This document shows, one piece after another, positions 18,160 through 29,303 of a stretch of 64,000 bases of DNA (position 1 is the first letter of the stretch; every line of letters starts with the position of its first letter). Made by a program: the position numbers and the translations under genes. The stretch lies in the NCBI GenBank assembly GCA_963739305.1, contig CAVTZU010000017.1, positions 1 through 64,000 on the forward strand. The letters run 5' to 3'. The stretch is from Candidatus Bathyarchaeota archaeon. Lineage in GTDB: Archaea > Thermoproteota > Bathyarchaeia > Bathyarchaeales > Bathycorpusculaceae. The notes beneath the pieces were generated by a model. It made no database searches. It worked only from the letters and a program-made list of their open reading frames with translations, and was not told where the DNA came from.

Positions 18160-19564
18160 TTGAAGGATTTCGAAGAGACAATCGGACTCGAGAAACTTCT
18201 GAACAGAGCGCTCAAGAATGGCGCCTCCTATGCAGATGTCCGCTTTCAATCATACGAAAGCGAACTGATATCGGTCGAGAACAAGACCTTAGACAGCTAT
18301 TCCGCTAGAAAACTCAGCGGCTTCGGAATAAGAGTACTAGTGAACGGAGGCGTAGGGTTCGCATCGTCAAGCAACCTCAGCCCAGCAAGCACCAAGAAAA
18401 CTCTGGAGGATGCAGTTAAAGCGGCCAAAGCCGTCAAAAATCTGAACGCATCACTGGCAGAAGTGAAAATCAACAAGACCGACGTTAACTCAACGGCAAA
18501 AATCGACCCCTTCAACGTGCCGCCCGAAGAAAAAGTCTCTATAGCTCTTGACGCGAACAAGGCAGCCTGGAATGATGACAGGATCAAGAACACCTCAACT
18601 CGGCTCGGGATGACTAAGGATTACAGATGGTTCGCTTCTTCCGACGGTTCCATGAACAACCGTTCGAACGACAATGGTGGGTCTTATGCACGTGAGCGTT
18701 GCCCAAGTCAACGGGCTCATGGAGTGGGTTCCAGACTCTGAATCTATGTGCGCAGGGTTCGAATTCATCAAATCCACCGACTGGAACAACTTCACCAAGG
18801 GCATATCGCAGCTCGCCTTAGAAGCTGTCCACTCAAAGACTCCTCCTCCGGGAACTTATCCGGTCGTCGTTGACCCTGACATCGTCGGAGTTCTTCTCCA
18901 TGAAGCGTTTGGACACGCCTCAGAGGGCGATCTGGTAACATCCGGAGAGTCGGTGTTGAACAACAGAATCGGTTCCCGCTTGGCGCCCGAATCCGTCACA
19001 ATTACTGATGAAGGAGTCATCGAAGGAGGATTCTACTATCCCTACGATGACGAAGGCGTCAAGAAGGAGAAAACCGTCGTGGTCGAAAAAGGCGTTCTCA
19101 AAAGCTTCATTCACGATCGGGAATCTGCGTCAAAACTCGCTGGCAAGCCAACTGGCAACGGACGTGCTCAAGATTTCGAGAATCTCCCGATAGTGAGACA
19201 GACCAACTATGTTATGCAGCCAGACACGTGCGAATTTGAAGAGTTAGTCGAGGAAATTGATACCGGTGTGTACGTTCGAGGGAAAGGCTCGACTGGCGGG
19301 GAGGTAGAGGTGGGTATGGGAACTTTCACGTTCGGGGTAGGACCATCCCGAATGATAAGAAAGGGTGAACTCGCAGAAACAGTCAGAGGGGTGGTCATAA
19401 GCGGCTCGATTCTTGACACTTTGAAAACTGTTGATGCCGTTGGAAAGGACCGCACAGTCAAGACGAGCGTGTTCGGCGGCTGCGGAAAGAGCGCTCAGAG
19501 AGCAACTGTAGGGTTTGGCGGTCCTCATATCAGGGTTCAAAGAATGACAGTCGGAGGAAGGTGA
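18160..19564 (+). CDS. tldD: TldD metalloprotease (split by +1 frameshift near 18655)
   Basis: YADVR, GFGIRV, HEAFGH, YDDEG, TGNGRAQ, CGK motifs across two overlapping ORFs. Confidence 0.9.
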
Positions 19565-20904
19565 TCATGATGCGATTGGCAGAAACGGCGATAGATAAGG
19601 CTTTGAAGTTGAAGGCAAACGAGGCGGAAGCTTACGTTCAAAAAACAAAGATGACCATGATAGAATATGCGGAACAGGTTGAAACCTTCAAAACCGTTGA
19701 ATCCATCGGCATGGGACTAAGAGTGGCATTGGGAAAACGGACTGCGATGTACTCAACGTCGGTCTTGAACGAAAAAGAAGCCATCGAAGCGGCAGAAAAG
19801 GCAGTCAAAATCGCCAAAGTCGCACCTGAAGACCCTTATTGGAAACACTTCAACCAAAAATTCGGAAAGACCCATGTGGAAGGAACCTATGACGCAAAAG
19901 TCGAGAAAATCGAGCATGAAGAGATCGTTGACACTCTTCTAACCTCGATTTCACTCCTCAAGAAGCGAGACTCGCGCGTCAAACCGACTCGGGGAATTCT
20001 GGCTCTCGCCACTTCAACTGTAGCGGTTGCAAACAGCAACAACGAACAAAATGAGGGAAAACAGACCGGCGTAAGCGTGCAGTTCACAGCCAAAATTGCA
20101 GAATCTGGAATGGAAAGCACCGGTAACGAACATCAAGAAGGCAGGTTCTGGAAGGAAATCGATTTCGATAACATGGCTATAAGCGCCGCAGACAAGGCCG
20201 TCAAGTTTCTTAAAGCCAGATCCATGAAGGGCGGAAAAATGCAAATCATTCTCAAGAACCAGATATTCGCAAATCTACTCGGAATTTTCATCGGCCCCGC
20301 AGTGAGCGCAGACTGGGTTCAAAAAGGAAGATCCCCGCTAGCAGGTAAGCTCGGAACCAACATAGCATCCGAAAACGTGACAATCACCGATGATGGAACC
20401 CTTCGCAGCGGCTGGGGAACTAGTTCCTTTGACGATGAAGGATATCCAACCCAGAGAAACTCAATTATTGAAAAGGGTACGCTCCAAAATTACATCTACG
20501 ACACGTACACAGCTCTGAAAGCCAACACCAAATCGACGGGAAACGCTCAACGACCAGGATACTGGCTTAAACCGCAGCCGTCTCCAAGCAACCTCGTTTT
20601 CAAGAACGGCGACGAAAAACCAGAGGAAATGATAAAGGACATGAAGAGCGGTATCTACGTAGACACAACGATAGGCGAGTGGCTCTCGAACCCCGTCAGT
20701 GGGAACCTGAACGCCACGATAACTCACGGATACCTCGTAGAGAAAGGCGAACTAGCCGAACCAGTCAAAGGCCTCGTTATTTCTGGAAACTTCTTCGACC
20801 TGCTTAAAAAAGGAGTAAAAAGCATCGGTAACGATCTGAAAAACAGCGGCGAGGACTATTCTCCAACAGTCGAGCTTGCTGGTTTAACCGTTGCTGGCGA
20901 ATGA
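19561..20904 (+). CDS. pmbA: PmbA/TldE family protein
   Basis: FDDEG, STGNA, no HExxxH; coupled to tldD. Confidence 0.9.
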   Translation: MIMMRLAETAIDKALKLKANEAEAYVQKTKMTMIEYAEQVETFKTVESIGMGLRVALGKRTAMYSTSVLNEKEAIEAAEKAVKIAKVAPEDPYWKHFNQKFGKTHVEGTYDAKVEKIEHEEIVDTLLTSISLLKKRDSRVKPTRGILALATSTVAVANSNNEQNEGKQTGVSVQFTAKIAESGMESTGNEHQEGRFWKEIDFDNMAISAADKAVKFLKARSMKGGKMQIILKNQIFANLLGIFIGPAVSADWVQKGRSPLAGKLGTNIASENVTITDDGTLRSGWGTSSFDDEGYPTQRNSIIEKGTLQNYIYDTYTALKANTKSTGNAQRPGYWLKPQPSPSNLVFKNGDEKPEEMIKDMKSGIYVDTTIGEWLSNPVSGNLNATITHGYLVEKGELAEPVKGLVISGNFFDLLKKGVKSIGNDLKNSGEDYSPTVELAGLTVAGE

Positions 20905-21041
20905 ACACAGCAGATACTAATCCTCTTCGCAAGTTATGCTTTGACCGCAACTATGAAGCGCTGTTGCATTGACGGGATATTTCGATTTCTAGACAAGGCT
21001 TAATAATTCTGGCCAAGTGTTCAGTACTCGAGTGATTGTGC

Positions 21042-22360
21042 ATGGTTGACGCATGGATGCCTTATGGAAAATCCGACGTTTGCGTCAGGGTTCCAACGCG
21101 TAATTTTCTCGGAACGATTGAGCCGAAGGAGAAAACGAGGTGTGGCAGATGCGCGCGCTGAGATTGAAAAGGCTTTGAAGGAACCCCTTGGCTCCAGGAG
21201 ACTTTCTGAGTTTGCCAAGTCTGAAAACAAAACGGTAATACTCGTGGACGACGCAACCAGACCTGCACCGAGCGGCCTGATGGTTGCACCGATCCTCGAC
21301 GAGCTGACCGCGGCGGGAATTAAGGATGAAAACATAACCGTGATTTTCGCTTGCGGGACGCACAGGGCTGTTACGCATGACGAAGCGGTAAGGCTCCTGG
21401 GTGAGGCCATCGTCGACCGCATAAAAACGATCAGTCACGACTCCAAAGCACAAGACCTCGTAGAGATCGGAACCACTCATAAGTCAGGAACAAAGGTGCT
21501 CTTGAACAAAGCCTTCATGGATGCAGACCTGAGAATCGTGACTGGAGACGTTTGCCTTCACTATTTTGCAGGGTACGGCGGCGGCAGAAAGAGCATAGTG
21601 CCAGGAATAGCGGGTTTAGAAACGGTGAAGCACAATCACGGGTTGCTTCTGGATGCACGTGCAAGAGGCTGGCGTTCTCAGCGATAATCCTGTTCATGAA
21701 GACATGGTTGAAGCCGTGAAGATGGTGAGGGTAGACTTTGCTTTGAACGTTGTCCTCAACAGCAGACATGAGATCGTCAAGGCTTTGGCCGGCGACATGG
21801 ATCACGTGTTCTTCGAAGGGGTGAAGCTCGTCGACGAGATGTGCCGTGTCCAAGTGGACCGCAGGGCAGACATCGTAGTCGCGAGTCCAGGCGGAAACCC
21901 GGCGGACATCAATCTTTTCCAAGCTTACAAGGCTGTGGACAACGCTCTGGAAGTTGTTAAGCGGGGCGGCGTCATCATCCTTGTCGCAGAACTGCCAGAG
22001 GGTCATGGCAATCAAGACTTCTACGATTGGATGGTCAAGTACGGCGACTTGAGAATTGTCGAAAGGGAAGTGAAACGCAATTTTCTGATCGGCGGATCCA
22101 AAGCGTATTATTTCTTGAAAGCTCTTCAAAAGGCGCAGATAATCCTGGTCTCCTCCATGCCAGATTATTACGCCGCGTCCGTTTTCAAGCTGAAGACTGC
22201 AAGAGCTGTTAATGACGCTTTGAACCAAGCTTTCAACATTACCGGAAAAAACGCACGAGTATGGACGATGCCTTACGCAAGCTACACTCTTCCTGAAGTG
22301 AAAGTAGCTACAGAGGAGGGACCACAAGACGAAAGTGTTGAAGCCTCCCAGGCTCAATGA
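21042..22360 (+). CDS. larA: LarA-family nickel-pincer lactate racemase-like protein (two +1 frameshifts near 21135 and 21667)
   Basis: N-terminus MVDAWMPYGK; DDATRP, ACGTHR, HYFAGYGGGRKSIVPG, DINLFQAYK. Confidence 0.85.
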
Positions 22361-23294
22361 CGGCGACACCATAGGGGTAATAGCGCCTTCCTATCCAGTC
22401 CTTCAGTTCCAGAAGACTTACGACCAAGGTATCGCGAACCTGAAAGCATTCGGGTTCAAAGTGAAGGAAGGCAAAACCGTAAGGCTCACGCACAGAGGTT
22501 ACATGGCAGGAACGGGCTTTCAGAGAGCTGAAGACATCAACAACATGTTTGCTGACGAAGAAGTGAAAGCAATCGTATGCGCTATGGGCGGACAAGTTGC
22601 AATAAAGACCCTGCGCTACTTGGATTATGACCTGATAAAAGCCAACCCGAAGATATTCTCAGGAATGAGCGACATCACAACGTTCCACGTTGCATTCTTG
22701 GCGAAGACAGGACTCAGCGGGCTTCACCAAACGGACGTTATATTCGGGTTCGGAGCAGACATGGAAAGCCCAGAGGCGAAGTATGAAGTGGACCTCTTCT
22801 TCAAAGTCACCAAATTCCCAAGGCCACTGGGGCTGCTGCCGAAGTTTACAAAGTGGGAAACCTGGAGGGCAGGCAAATCCGAGGGCAGACTTTTCGGCGG
22901 AAACATACCCTCTCTTCAGACGCTGCTCGGAACTCCCTATTTTCCAGAGCTAAACGAGAAAATAATCTTTTTCTGGGAATGTATGACGAAACCTCTTGAT
23001 AAGATAGATCAGGATCTAACTCAATTCAGAGAGATCGGCCTGTTCGACAAGACAGTGGGCATGTTGATCGGCAAAATCAGAGGAGAAGATCCGAATCAAC
23101 CTGGCAAAGTGAAAGACATATCAAGTGACGCTAAAGAAGTGATCCTAGAAATAACCGAGGAGTACGGTTTCCCAATAATTGGAAACATGGATTTTGGTCA
23201 CTACACACCCAACATGCCGTTGCCTATGTGGTTGAAGGCAAGTTTGGACACTGAAGGGGAAAGGCTGTCGATAAACGAATCATACGTGAAATGA
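22335..23294 (+). CDS. S66 family LD-carboxypeptidase-like peptidase
   Basis: GDTIGVIAPS, GMSDIT, GGNI, FWE, DFGH. Confidence 0.9.
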   Translation: MLKPPRLNDGDTIGVIAPSYPVLQFQKTYDQGIANLKAFGFKVKEGKTVRLTHRGYMAGTGFQRAEDINNMFADEEVKAIVCAMGGQVAIKTLRYLDYDLIKANPKIFSGMSDITTFHVAFLAKTGLSGLHQTDVIFGFGADMESPEAKYEVDLFFKVTKFPRPLGLLPKFTKWETWRAGKSEGRLFGGNIPSLQTLLGTPYFPELNEKIIFFWECMTKPLDKIDQDLTQFREIGLFDKTVGMLIGKIRGEDPNQPGKVKDISSDAKEVILEITEEYGFPIIGNMDFGHYTPNMPLPMWLKASLDTEGERLSINESYVK

Positions 23295-23364
23295 TCACAC
23301 TCTTAGAAAAACGTTTAAGCCACCTCGAAGTCTAGGCTTTGAAGTCAACGGGAGAAAAAAAGAA

Positions 23365-23856
23365 TTGCAGGACACCTACACGCTTCGAAAGTTCACGATG
23401 AACGATTTGCCAAGCGTCACGCAGATAAACATGACATGCCTTCCAGAAAACTACACCGACATCTTCTTCGCGGATCTCTTTCGGCGTTACCCGGAGACTT
23501 TCATCGTCGCGGAACAAGACCGGAAAATAGCAGGGTACATAATGTGCCGCATCGAGATGGGGTTATCGAACCTTGGATTGAGCGGCGTCGTCAAAAAGGG
23601 CCACGTGGTTTCTGTGGCCGTTATGCCTGAAGACAGACGCAGAGGTATAGGCGAGGCGCTGGTGACTAGTGCAATGTATGGCATGCGAGGATATGGCGCA
23701 AGGCAGTGTTACTTGGAAGTCAGAGTTACTAATCAGGAAGCAATCGCTCTGTACAAGAAGCTGGGTTTTGATGTTACGCGCACGATACACAGTTACTACG
23801 CAGACGGCGAAGACGCTTTTGTGATGAGCAAAAGTCTACAGCCCAAGGACAAGTGA
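23365..23856 (+). CDS. RimI/Ard1-type N-terminal acetyltransferase
   Basis: LPENY, GHVVSVAV, RRRGIG, YLEVRVTN, YYADGEDA. Confidence 0.92.
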   Translation: MQDTYTLRKFTMNDLPSVTQINMTCLPENYTDIFFADLFRRYPETFIVAEQDRKIAGYIMCRIEMGLSNLGLSGVVKKGHVVSVAVMPEDRRRGIGEALVTSAMYGMRGYGARQCYLEVRVTNQEAIALYKKLGFDVTRTIHSYYADGEDAFVMSKSLQPKDK

Positions 23857-23864
23857 GGATAAGT

Positions 23865-24317
23865 CTAAATGCTCGTGAGTTCGAGCCTTTCACTCGCGAA
23901 GCTTATTGCCTGCATGATGGATCTTGCCAGCCCTAACAGCCCCAGCAGCATTATGACGATCAGAAACGCACGAACATCTATGATCAAGTTTACGTTTCCT
24001 GAAGTGATGTTAAGGATTCCACTGTTCAATGAAGCAATGAGATAGGCGATTACGAACAAGGCCTTTGCTCCGTTGAAAAAATGCTGAAGGATTGTTCCTG
24101 CGGTCACGTCGCTCACGACCATCAGCACAACGTACACTACTGTGAAAGTTGTTATGATTTCTTGGAGACCAGGAATCAAGATTGAGGCTGGTGCCAGGAA
24201 CCGCATTAGAAACACGTAGATCACAGATACGATGATGACTTTTAGCGTGATTTTCAGTGCCCTGAGTATGTATTTCCGAATCTTATGTTTAACGTCTGAG
24301 TCTTGTCTAGCTTCCAA
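23865..24317 (-). CDS. Hypothetical membrane protein
   Basis: About four hydrophobic helices; last gene of a three-gene minus-strand run. Confidence 0.7.
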   Translation of the reverse strand: MEARQDSDVKHKIRKYILRALKITLKVIIVSVIYVFLMRFLAPASILIPGLQEIITTFTVVYVVLMVVSDVTAGTILQHFFNGAKALFVIAYLIASLNSGILNITSGNVNLIIDVRAFLIVIMLLGLLGLARSIMQAISFASERLELTSI

Positions 24318-25086
24318 AGTCGATCACCACTGGACCGTACTTGAAAAATTGGGTTTCGAAGAAAACCTCCAGATGAATGCTCTGCGTTGTCTGAATCGGT
24401 ACATAAAACTCTAGCTTCATTTTACAGGGCGAATTCTGAGTCGCGTTCAAGTCAACTTGGCAGCTGCTGACGAAGTTGGGGGCGCTGCTCGAAATGCGTG
24501 CGTTCAATGTTCCAGTAATGTTGAAGAACGCATGATTCTCAAAACTCACGGGGACGACAACGCGCAGGTGGCTTGCATTGTAGATGGAGTTTTCAGGCGT
24601 GCCGAACGCTAGGTTGCTGAGGGGTGCACCCCACGGCACATCAAGGAATGAAGAAGCTTTGACCGGCACAACTTCCGCGGCGCTCATGCTTACGTTCTCG
24701 TTGACGCTCAACGTGGAGTCATTGAACAGAAGGTCCAAGTCACTTTGCAAGAGTCCTGTGACGTTCAGTTTCATGGTGTGCGTTGTGTTTACTGCCTGAC
24801 CGTGAAGGACGATAGGTATCAAAGTGGATCCCCAGGCGACTTCTGAGCCGTTCCTGTTGAAAACATCAGTAGTAAGGTTGAGGTTTGCGATGTTGTACAG
24901 ACCAGTGTTCATAACGTACACGGGAAACGAAAGCAGAAGGCCATTGTCTGGTGTTGTGGTGACTTCTGGTGCGCCGAGGTTGAACTGTATGTCCTGCATC
25001 AAGTACATTGCTGAGACCGCGAAGATGATAAGAAAGATCCAGACGACGGAGGTGGCTATGCCTATGATTCGGATCGGTAACCTCAT
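24307..25086 (-). CDS. Hypothetical membrane-anchored beta-rich protein
   Basis: N-terminal TM helix, many NxS/T sequons. Confidence 0.7.
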   Translation of the reverse strand: MRLPIRIIGIATSVVWIFLIIFAVSAMYLMQDIQFNLGAPEVTTTPDNGLLLSFPVYVMNTGLYNIANLNLTTDVFNRNGSEVAWGSTLIPIVLHGQAVNTTHTMKLNVTGLLQSDLDLLFNDSTLSVNENVSMSAAEVVPVKASSFLDVPWGAPLSNLAFGTPENSIYNASHLRVVVPVSFENHAFFNITGTLNARISSSAPNFVSSCQVDLNATQNSPCKMKLEFYVPIQTTQSIHLEVFFETQFFKYGPVVIDFGS

Positions 25087-25132
25087 AATTTTGTCCTCTT
25101 CCGACGCGAATGCGTGTTAATTGTGGAAGCTG

Positions 25133-25690
25133 CTACTGGTTTTCTTTCTTCTGTTGTTGAGCTTGCTCTGGCTTCTGTTGTGTCGGTGACACTGTCTCCG
25201 GGTTTAGGATGATGATCTGCGGTTCGTAAGGTTTGGTTTCTTTCGGTTTCGGTTCCTCTGGTTTTGTTATTTCTGGTTTTCCTTCGGACGGCTTGGCTTC
25301 TGGCTTCTTGGTTTCGGGTTCTGGTTTCTGCGCTTTTTTCGGTTCCTCTTTCTTGGTTTCGGTTTGCTCTTTTTCAGCGGTCGTTTTTGGTGCGAGTTCT
25401 TCTGGAACCACGGTTGTTTGACGGGCTTGAGAAAGAATGGTTACTCCTCTTATCGTTAGAATCGAGCCGACCCATCCCATTATGCCGAGGTACATCACGT
25501 GGATGCTCGTGGCGATGAGTGGCGCGAGTGCGTCTCCGAAAGTTCGAGTAAGGTCGCTGGACGTGATTATTGACAAGCTCTGCGTGAGGAAGCCGTATGC
25601 GCTGGCGAAAGTGAATACAAGTAGCGCTACTCCTACTATCAGTACTACGGTACCAGATAGAGTTATCCTGTCTCTAAGGGTCTTGAGCAT
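25133..25690 (-). CDS. Hypothetical membrane protein with P/E/K-rich tail
   Basis: Two TM helices, low-complexity KPE repeats. Confidence 0.7.
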   Translation of the reverse strand: MLKTLRDRITLSGTVVLIVGVALLVFTFASAYGFLTQSLSIITSSDLTRTFGDALAPLIATSIHVMYLGIMGWVGSILTIRGVTILSQARQTTVVPEELAPKTTAEKEQTETKKEEPKKAQKPEPETKKPEAKPSEGKPEITKPEEPKPKETKPYEPQIIILNPETVSPTQQKPEQAQQQKKENQ

Positions 25691-25827
25691 TCTTTTTCCC
25701 TGTGTTTTAGTCGGGTCAAGAGAATATTAAATCTTCCTATACAATAAATCTTACGTTGAATACTTATCTGCAAAACTAATCCTGAAAAGAATAATGGGGT
25801 GGAAAAAGGCGGTTGAAAATTTTGAAA

Positions 25828-26433
25828 CTATGGCGTAATGCCAAGTTTCTCGTATATCTTCTGCCTCTTCTCTTCAACGGTTTTTTGGATGTCCGTGAAC
25901 AGGTTGTTTCCGTGTGAATCTATGGCAATCGTCAAGGGGCCGAACTCCTCAACGTCGAACACCCACATCGCTTCGGGCATACCGAGGTCATACCATTCCA
26001 CGCTCTTGACGTTTTTTATCGCTTTTGCAGCCAGAACAGCAGCTCCGCCAGTGAACGCTCCATACACGGCTCCGTACTTTGCCATCGCGTCAGTAGTCTT
26101 CTTTCCCATACCGCCTTTTCCTATTACTACACGCACTTTGAAGTCTTTGATGAACTCATCTTCAAAAATGTCCATACGAGTGCTTGTCGTCGGTCCAGCC
26201 GCGATTGCAATCCATTTGTCTCCTTGCTTTGCCACAACAGGTCCGCAGTGAAAGACAGCTAATCCTTCGAGGTTCAGAGGCAACGCTTTGCCGTCCTTGA
26301 AGTATTCAATTGCCCTCCTGTGGGCTTGGTCTCTCGCGGTTACGACGGTGCCAGTCACGTAGAGGACATCGTTCACTTTGAGCTTGCGTATCTGCTCTTC
26401 CGAGATCGGTGTTTTGAGTTTGAACACAGTCAT
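25828..26433 (-). CDS. Fumarate hydratase class I / tartrate dehydratase beta subunit
   Basis: TARDQAH, GPTTSTRM, GKGGM, GMPEA, DSHG. Confidence 0.93.
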   Translation of the reverse strand: MTVFKLKTPISEEQIRKLKVNDVLYVTGTVVTARDQAHRRAIEYFKDGKALPLNLEGLAVFHCGPVVAKQGDKWIAIAAGPTTSTRMDIFEDEFIKDFKVRVVIGKGGMGKKTTDAMAKYGAVYGAFTGGAAVLAAKAIKNVKSVEWYDLGMPEAMWVFDVEEFGPLTIAIDSHGNNLFTDIQKTVEEKRQKIYEKLGITP

Positions 26434-26444
26434 GTCTTCTCACC

Positions 26445-27329
26445 TCACCATTCCAGCTTATGCGTCAAATACTCGACTGATCCGTCTCCACTGATTCTTG
26501 CTGTTGATCGCCTAGAAGCCCAGCAGTTGAAAGCGACAGCCACGGGGAAAGATGCTGGATGCCTGTGCGCATAATCCACGTGAACTCCGAGGATCGTTGT
26601 CTTTCCTCCAAGTCCCATGGGGCCAATCCCAGTCATGTTTGCGGCTTCAAGTATTTCCTTCTCGAGCTTAGCGATTTCAGGATCTGAGTTATGCTCCGTG
26701 AGCGGTTTGAGCAAAGCTTTTTTCGCCAGTTTCATTGATACGTCGGCTCCGCCTCCCATAGCGACACCCAAGATGTTTGGTGGGCATGGTTGGGCGCCAG
26801 CTTTTATTACAGCGTCAACGACGAATTTCTTGAGCCCCTTTATTCCCTCGCCTGGGACGACCATGCCGCCGACACACACGTTTTCTGAGCCTCCTCCCTT
26901 CGTCATCACGGTCAACTCCAAAGCGTCTCCCGGAACGATTTCCCAGTTAAGCACCGGTATGTATCGTCCCGTGTTGTCTCCGCTGTTCTTTCCCGTGAAC
27001 GGATCAACGGCGTTAGGTCGAAGCGGGACCTCCTTCGTCGCTCTTTTAACTGCGTTGACTAGAGCAGCTTCGACTTTGTCGAGGTTCTTCGCCTTGGCGC
27101 CTGCCTTGATGTAGAATATTATCGTGCCCGTATCTTGGCACACAGGCGCCTTGTATTTTTCAGCCAGGTCAATGTTGTCCAATATGGCTTTCAACTGAGT
27201 TTTTCCTGTGTCACTGGTTTCGTCAGCGTAAGCTTTTTTCAGTGCTTGCTTGACATCGTCTGGCAGATAGATAACAGCCTGCTTCAGAATGTTAAACGCA
27301 ACGTTTTCTACGATCTTCTCTGTTTCCAA
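26445..27329 (-). CDS. Fumarate hydratase class I / tartrate dehydratase alpha subunit
   Basis: CQDTG, KGGGSEN, CPP, GIGPMGLGG, HPAS. Confidence 0.93.
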   Translation of the reverse strand: METEKIVENVAFNILKQAVIYLPDDVKQALKKAYADETSDTGKTQLKAILDNIDLAEKYKAPVCQDTGTIIFYIKAGAKAKNLDKVEAALVNAVKRATKEVPLRPNAVDPFTGKNSGDNTGRYIPVLNWEIVPGDALELTVMTKGGGSENVCVGGMVVPGEGIKGLKKFVVDAVIKAGAQPCPPNILGVAMGGGADVSMKLAKKALLKPLTEHNSDPEIAKLEKEILEAANMTGIGPMGLGGKTTILGVHVDYAHRHPASFPVAVAFNCWASRRSTARISGDGSVEYLTHKLEW

Positions 27330-27511
27330 AGGTTTCTACCTCTTTTGAATGGTCTATGAAAAAGTCGTATACTTATGTTTTCTCTCCAGAGTCAACTAAT
27401 TCGGCTTTCACTTTAACTTATCTCTCCGTAGAGGAAAGACTGTTCTGCTTCGCGTGTTTTAAATATAGCTTTTCCATCTGTTCTATGAAATGTGGAAGGA
27501 GAGAAGGGATC

Positions 27512-28537
27512 ATGACTTCCGAGGAGCAAGAAAAAGAACAGGAGAACGTTGAACCTCCGGCAAAACTAAAATATGAACTTCTAGAGGATCTACCCGGAGT
27601 TGGACCTGCAACCGCGCAGAAAATGCGCGAAATGGGTTTTCACACGATTGAGGCACTCGCCATGGCGACTGCTCGCGAACTGGAACCCGCTGGCATAAGC
27701 GAGAAGAAAGCTCTCTCCATAATCGAGATCGCTCGACAAAACATAAGCATCTCATTCATCAGAGCAGATGAACTGCTGAGGATGAGAAAGAACGTTCTCC
27801 GCCTGAGCAGTGGAAGCAAGGTCATAGACAGGTTGCTTGACGGTGGAATAGAAACGCAGACGATCACCGAGTTCTACGGTGAGTACGGAAGTGGGAAAAG
27901 CCAAATCTGTCACCAACTGTGCGTGAACGTTCAGCTTCCCCCTGAACGTGGTGGGCTCAACGGCTCAGCCTTGTACGTTGACACAGAAAACACGTTCCGC
28001 ACTGAACGCATAGTCTCCATGTCCAAGCACTTGGGGCTTGATCCAGAGGAGGTTGTTAAGAACATAATCTACGCTGAAGCTTACACTTCAGACCATCAGA
28101 TGTTCCTGCTCGACAACGCTGATGAAATCATCAAGGCGAACAACGTGAAACTGATAATCGTGGACTCGTTGACCGCACACTTCAGAAGCGAGTACCTCGG
28201 GCGAGAGATGCTGGCTCCCCGGCAGCAGAAGCTGAACAAGCACATGCACAGGCTCATCGGCTTAGCACGGGCATTCAACGCCGTCGCAGTCGTGACGAAT
28301 CAGGTTATGGCTAAACCTGACGTGTTTTTCGGAGATGCCGTTCACCCCATCGGAGGCCACATAGTGGGGCACACGAGTCACACTCGCCTCTACCTGAGGA
28401 GAGCAGCACACGGGCCTGTGCGCATAGCAAGGCTTGTTTCAAGTCCTTATTTGCCAGAGGGCGAGGAAATCTTTAAAATAACAGGGAACGGAATAGAGGA
28501 TGCTTCTGAAGACGAGAAGAAGCCTCGTGGTCGCTGA
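27512..28537 (+). CDS. radA: DNA repair and recombination protein RadA
   Basis: HhH LPGVGP, GEYGSGKSQ, DTENTFR, RQQKLNKH, PIGGHIVGH. Confidence 0.97.
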   Translation: MTSEEQEKEQENVEPPAKLKYELLEDLPGVGPATAQKMREMGFHTIEALAMATARELEPAGISEKKALSIIEIARQNISISFIRADELLRMRKNVLRLSSGSKVIDRLLDGGIETQTITEFYGEYGSGKSQICHQLCVNVQLPPERGGLNGSALYVDTENTFRTERIVSMSKHLGLDPEEVVKNIIYAEAYTSDHQMFLLDNADEIIKANNVKLIIVDSLTAHFRSEYLGREMLAPRQQKLNKHMHRLIGLARAFNAVAVVTNQVMAKPDVFFGDAVHPIGGHIVGHTSHTRLYLRRAAHGPVRIARLVSSPYLPEGEEIFKITGNGIEDASEDEKKPRGR

Positions 28538-28539
28538 AC

Positions 28540-29004
28540 ATGCCTATTCCATTCGCTCTGGTAACTCGGTTCTTTCAATTACTAGTGAATAGGCAGTTCA
28601 CTGAAGCGGAGCGGGAGCTGGAGAGACTCAAGCAGAAGATGCAGAAGACGGAGTGGAACCGAGGGTACTTCAGGGCTCTCTTCGGCATGTTCCTGTCCAG
28701 AAAGGCGAACGGTGACTCGTACGCTCTCTTCTCACAGATGGATCTGAATGATAAGCCCGCCCTCAACAGTTACAGAAGAGAATTTCAGGAACATGTTAGA
28801 AGCAGGCTTCATGGCGACTTTGACCGGGGATTCTTCTCGGCTTGGGCCGATTGTATGCGCGTTCTTACTAGGATTTCGGTTCCAAACAGCGTCTCTGCGT
28901 CATCCTCTCAAGACACTGGAAGCATGGAGGAAAAACTCGATTTGTCGAAATCTGAGGATAATCAGACAACAATAGAGGGCTACCTCAAGGAACAAGCCGA
29001 CTAG
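28540..29004 (+). CDS. Hypothetical protein downstream of radA
   Basis: Clean ORF 2 bp after radA; repeated RGY/RGF helical motifs. Confidence 0.7.
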   Translation: MPIPFALVTRFFQLLVNRQFTEAERELERLKQKMQKTEWNRGYFRALFGMFLSRKANGDSYALFSQMDLNDKPALNSYRREFQEHVRSRLHGDFDRGFFSAWADCMRVLTRISVPNSVSASSSQDTGSMEEKLDLSKSEDNQTTIEGYLKEQAD

Positions 29005-29303
29005 GACACGTATAGCCAGGTGTAAAAAAGAACGTAGAAAACTATCCACGCAAGAAAGTGGATTCCGATTCCTGTCGTGAAAAGCTTCTGAACCTTGGCC
29101 ACTTTGTCCTTGAACCTGATTTTGAGGATGTAGTAGGAGAGGACATAGACTATGATCGACAAGGACACGCTGTTAAACAGGACTCCGTAGTCCAAAGCTG
29201 ATCGTGGGGCACCGTAGACAATTAACACGTAGCTGATGCTCAGAATTGCGGCTAGTACGCCTGTCAGGAACCTCAGATAATAAACCGTTTCAAGGGGTCT
29301 CAT
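29001..29303 (-). CDS. Small 3-TM protein, EMC6/Rab5ip-like
   Basis: YYLR...G..A N-terminal helix; LFTTGIG..FLAWIVFY C-terminal helix. Confidence 0.55.
   Translation of the reverse strand: MRPLETVYYLRFLTGVLAAILSISYVLIVYGAPRSALDYGVLFNSVSLSIIVYVLSYYILKIRFKDKVAKVQKLFTTGIGIHFLAWIVFYVLFYTWLYVS

Noticed and set aside
18640-18741. Programmed frameshifting or pseudogenisation in tldD and the other split genes
   Set aside because: No shared slippery motif; all are single-base insertions in otherwise intact genes, so sequence error is more likely.
21151-21158. GCGCGCGC inside larA
   Set aside because: Coding (Ala-Arg-Ala) in a continuous gene; compatible with the roughly one chance occurrence expected.
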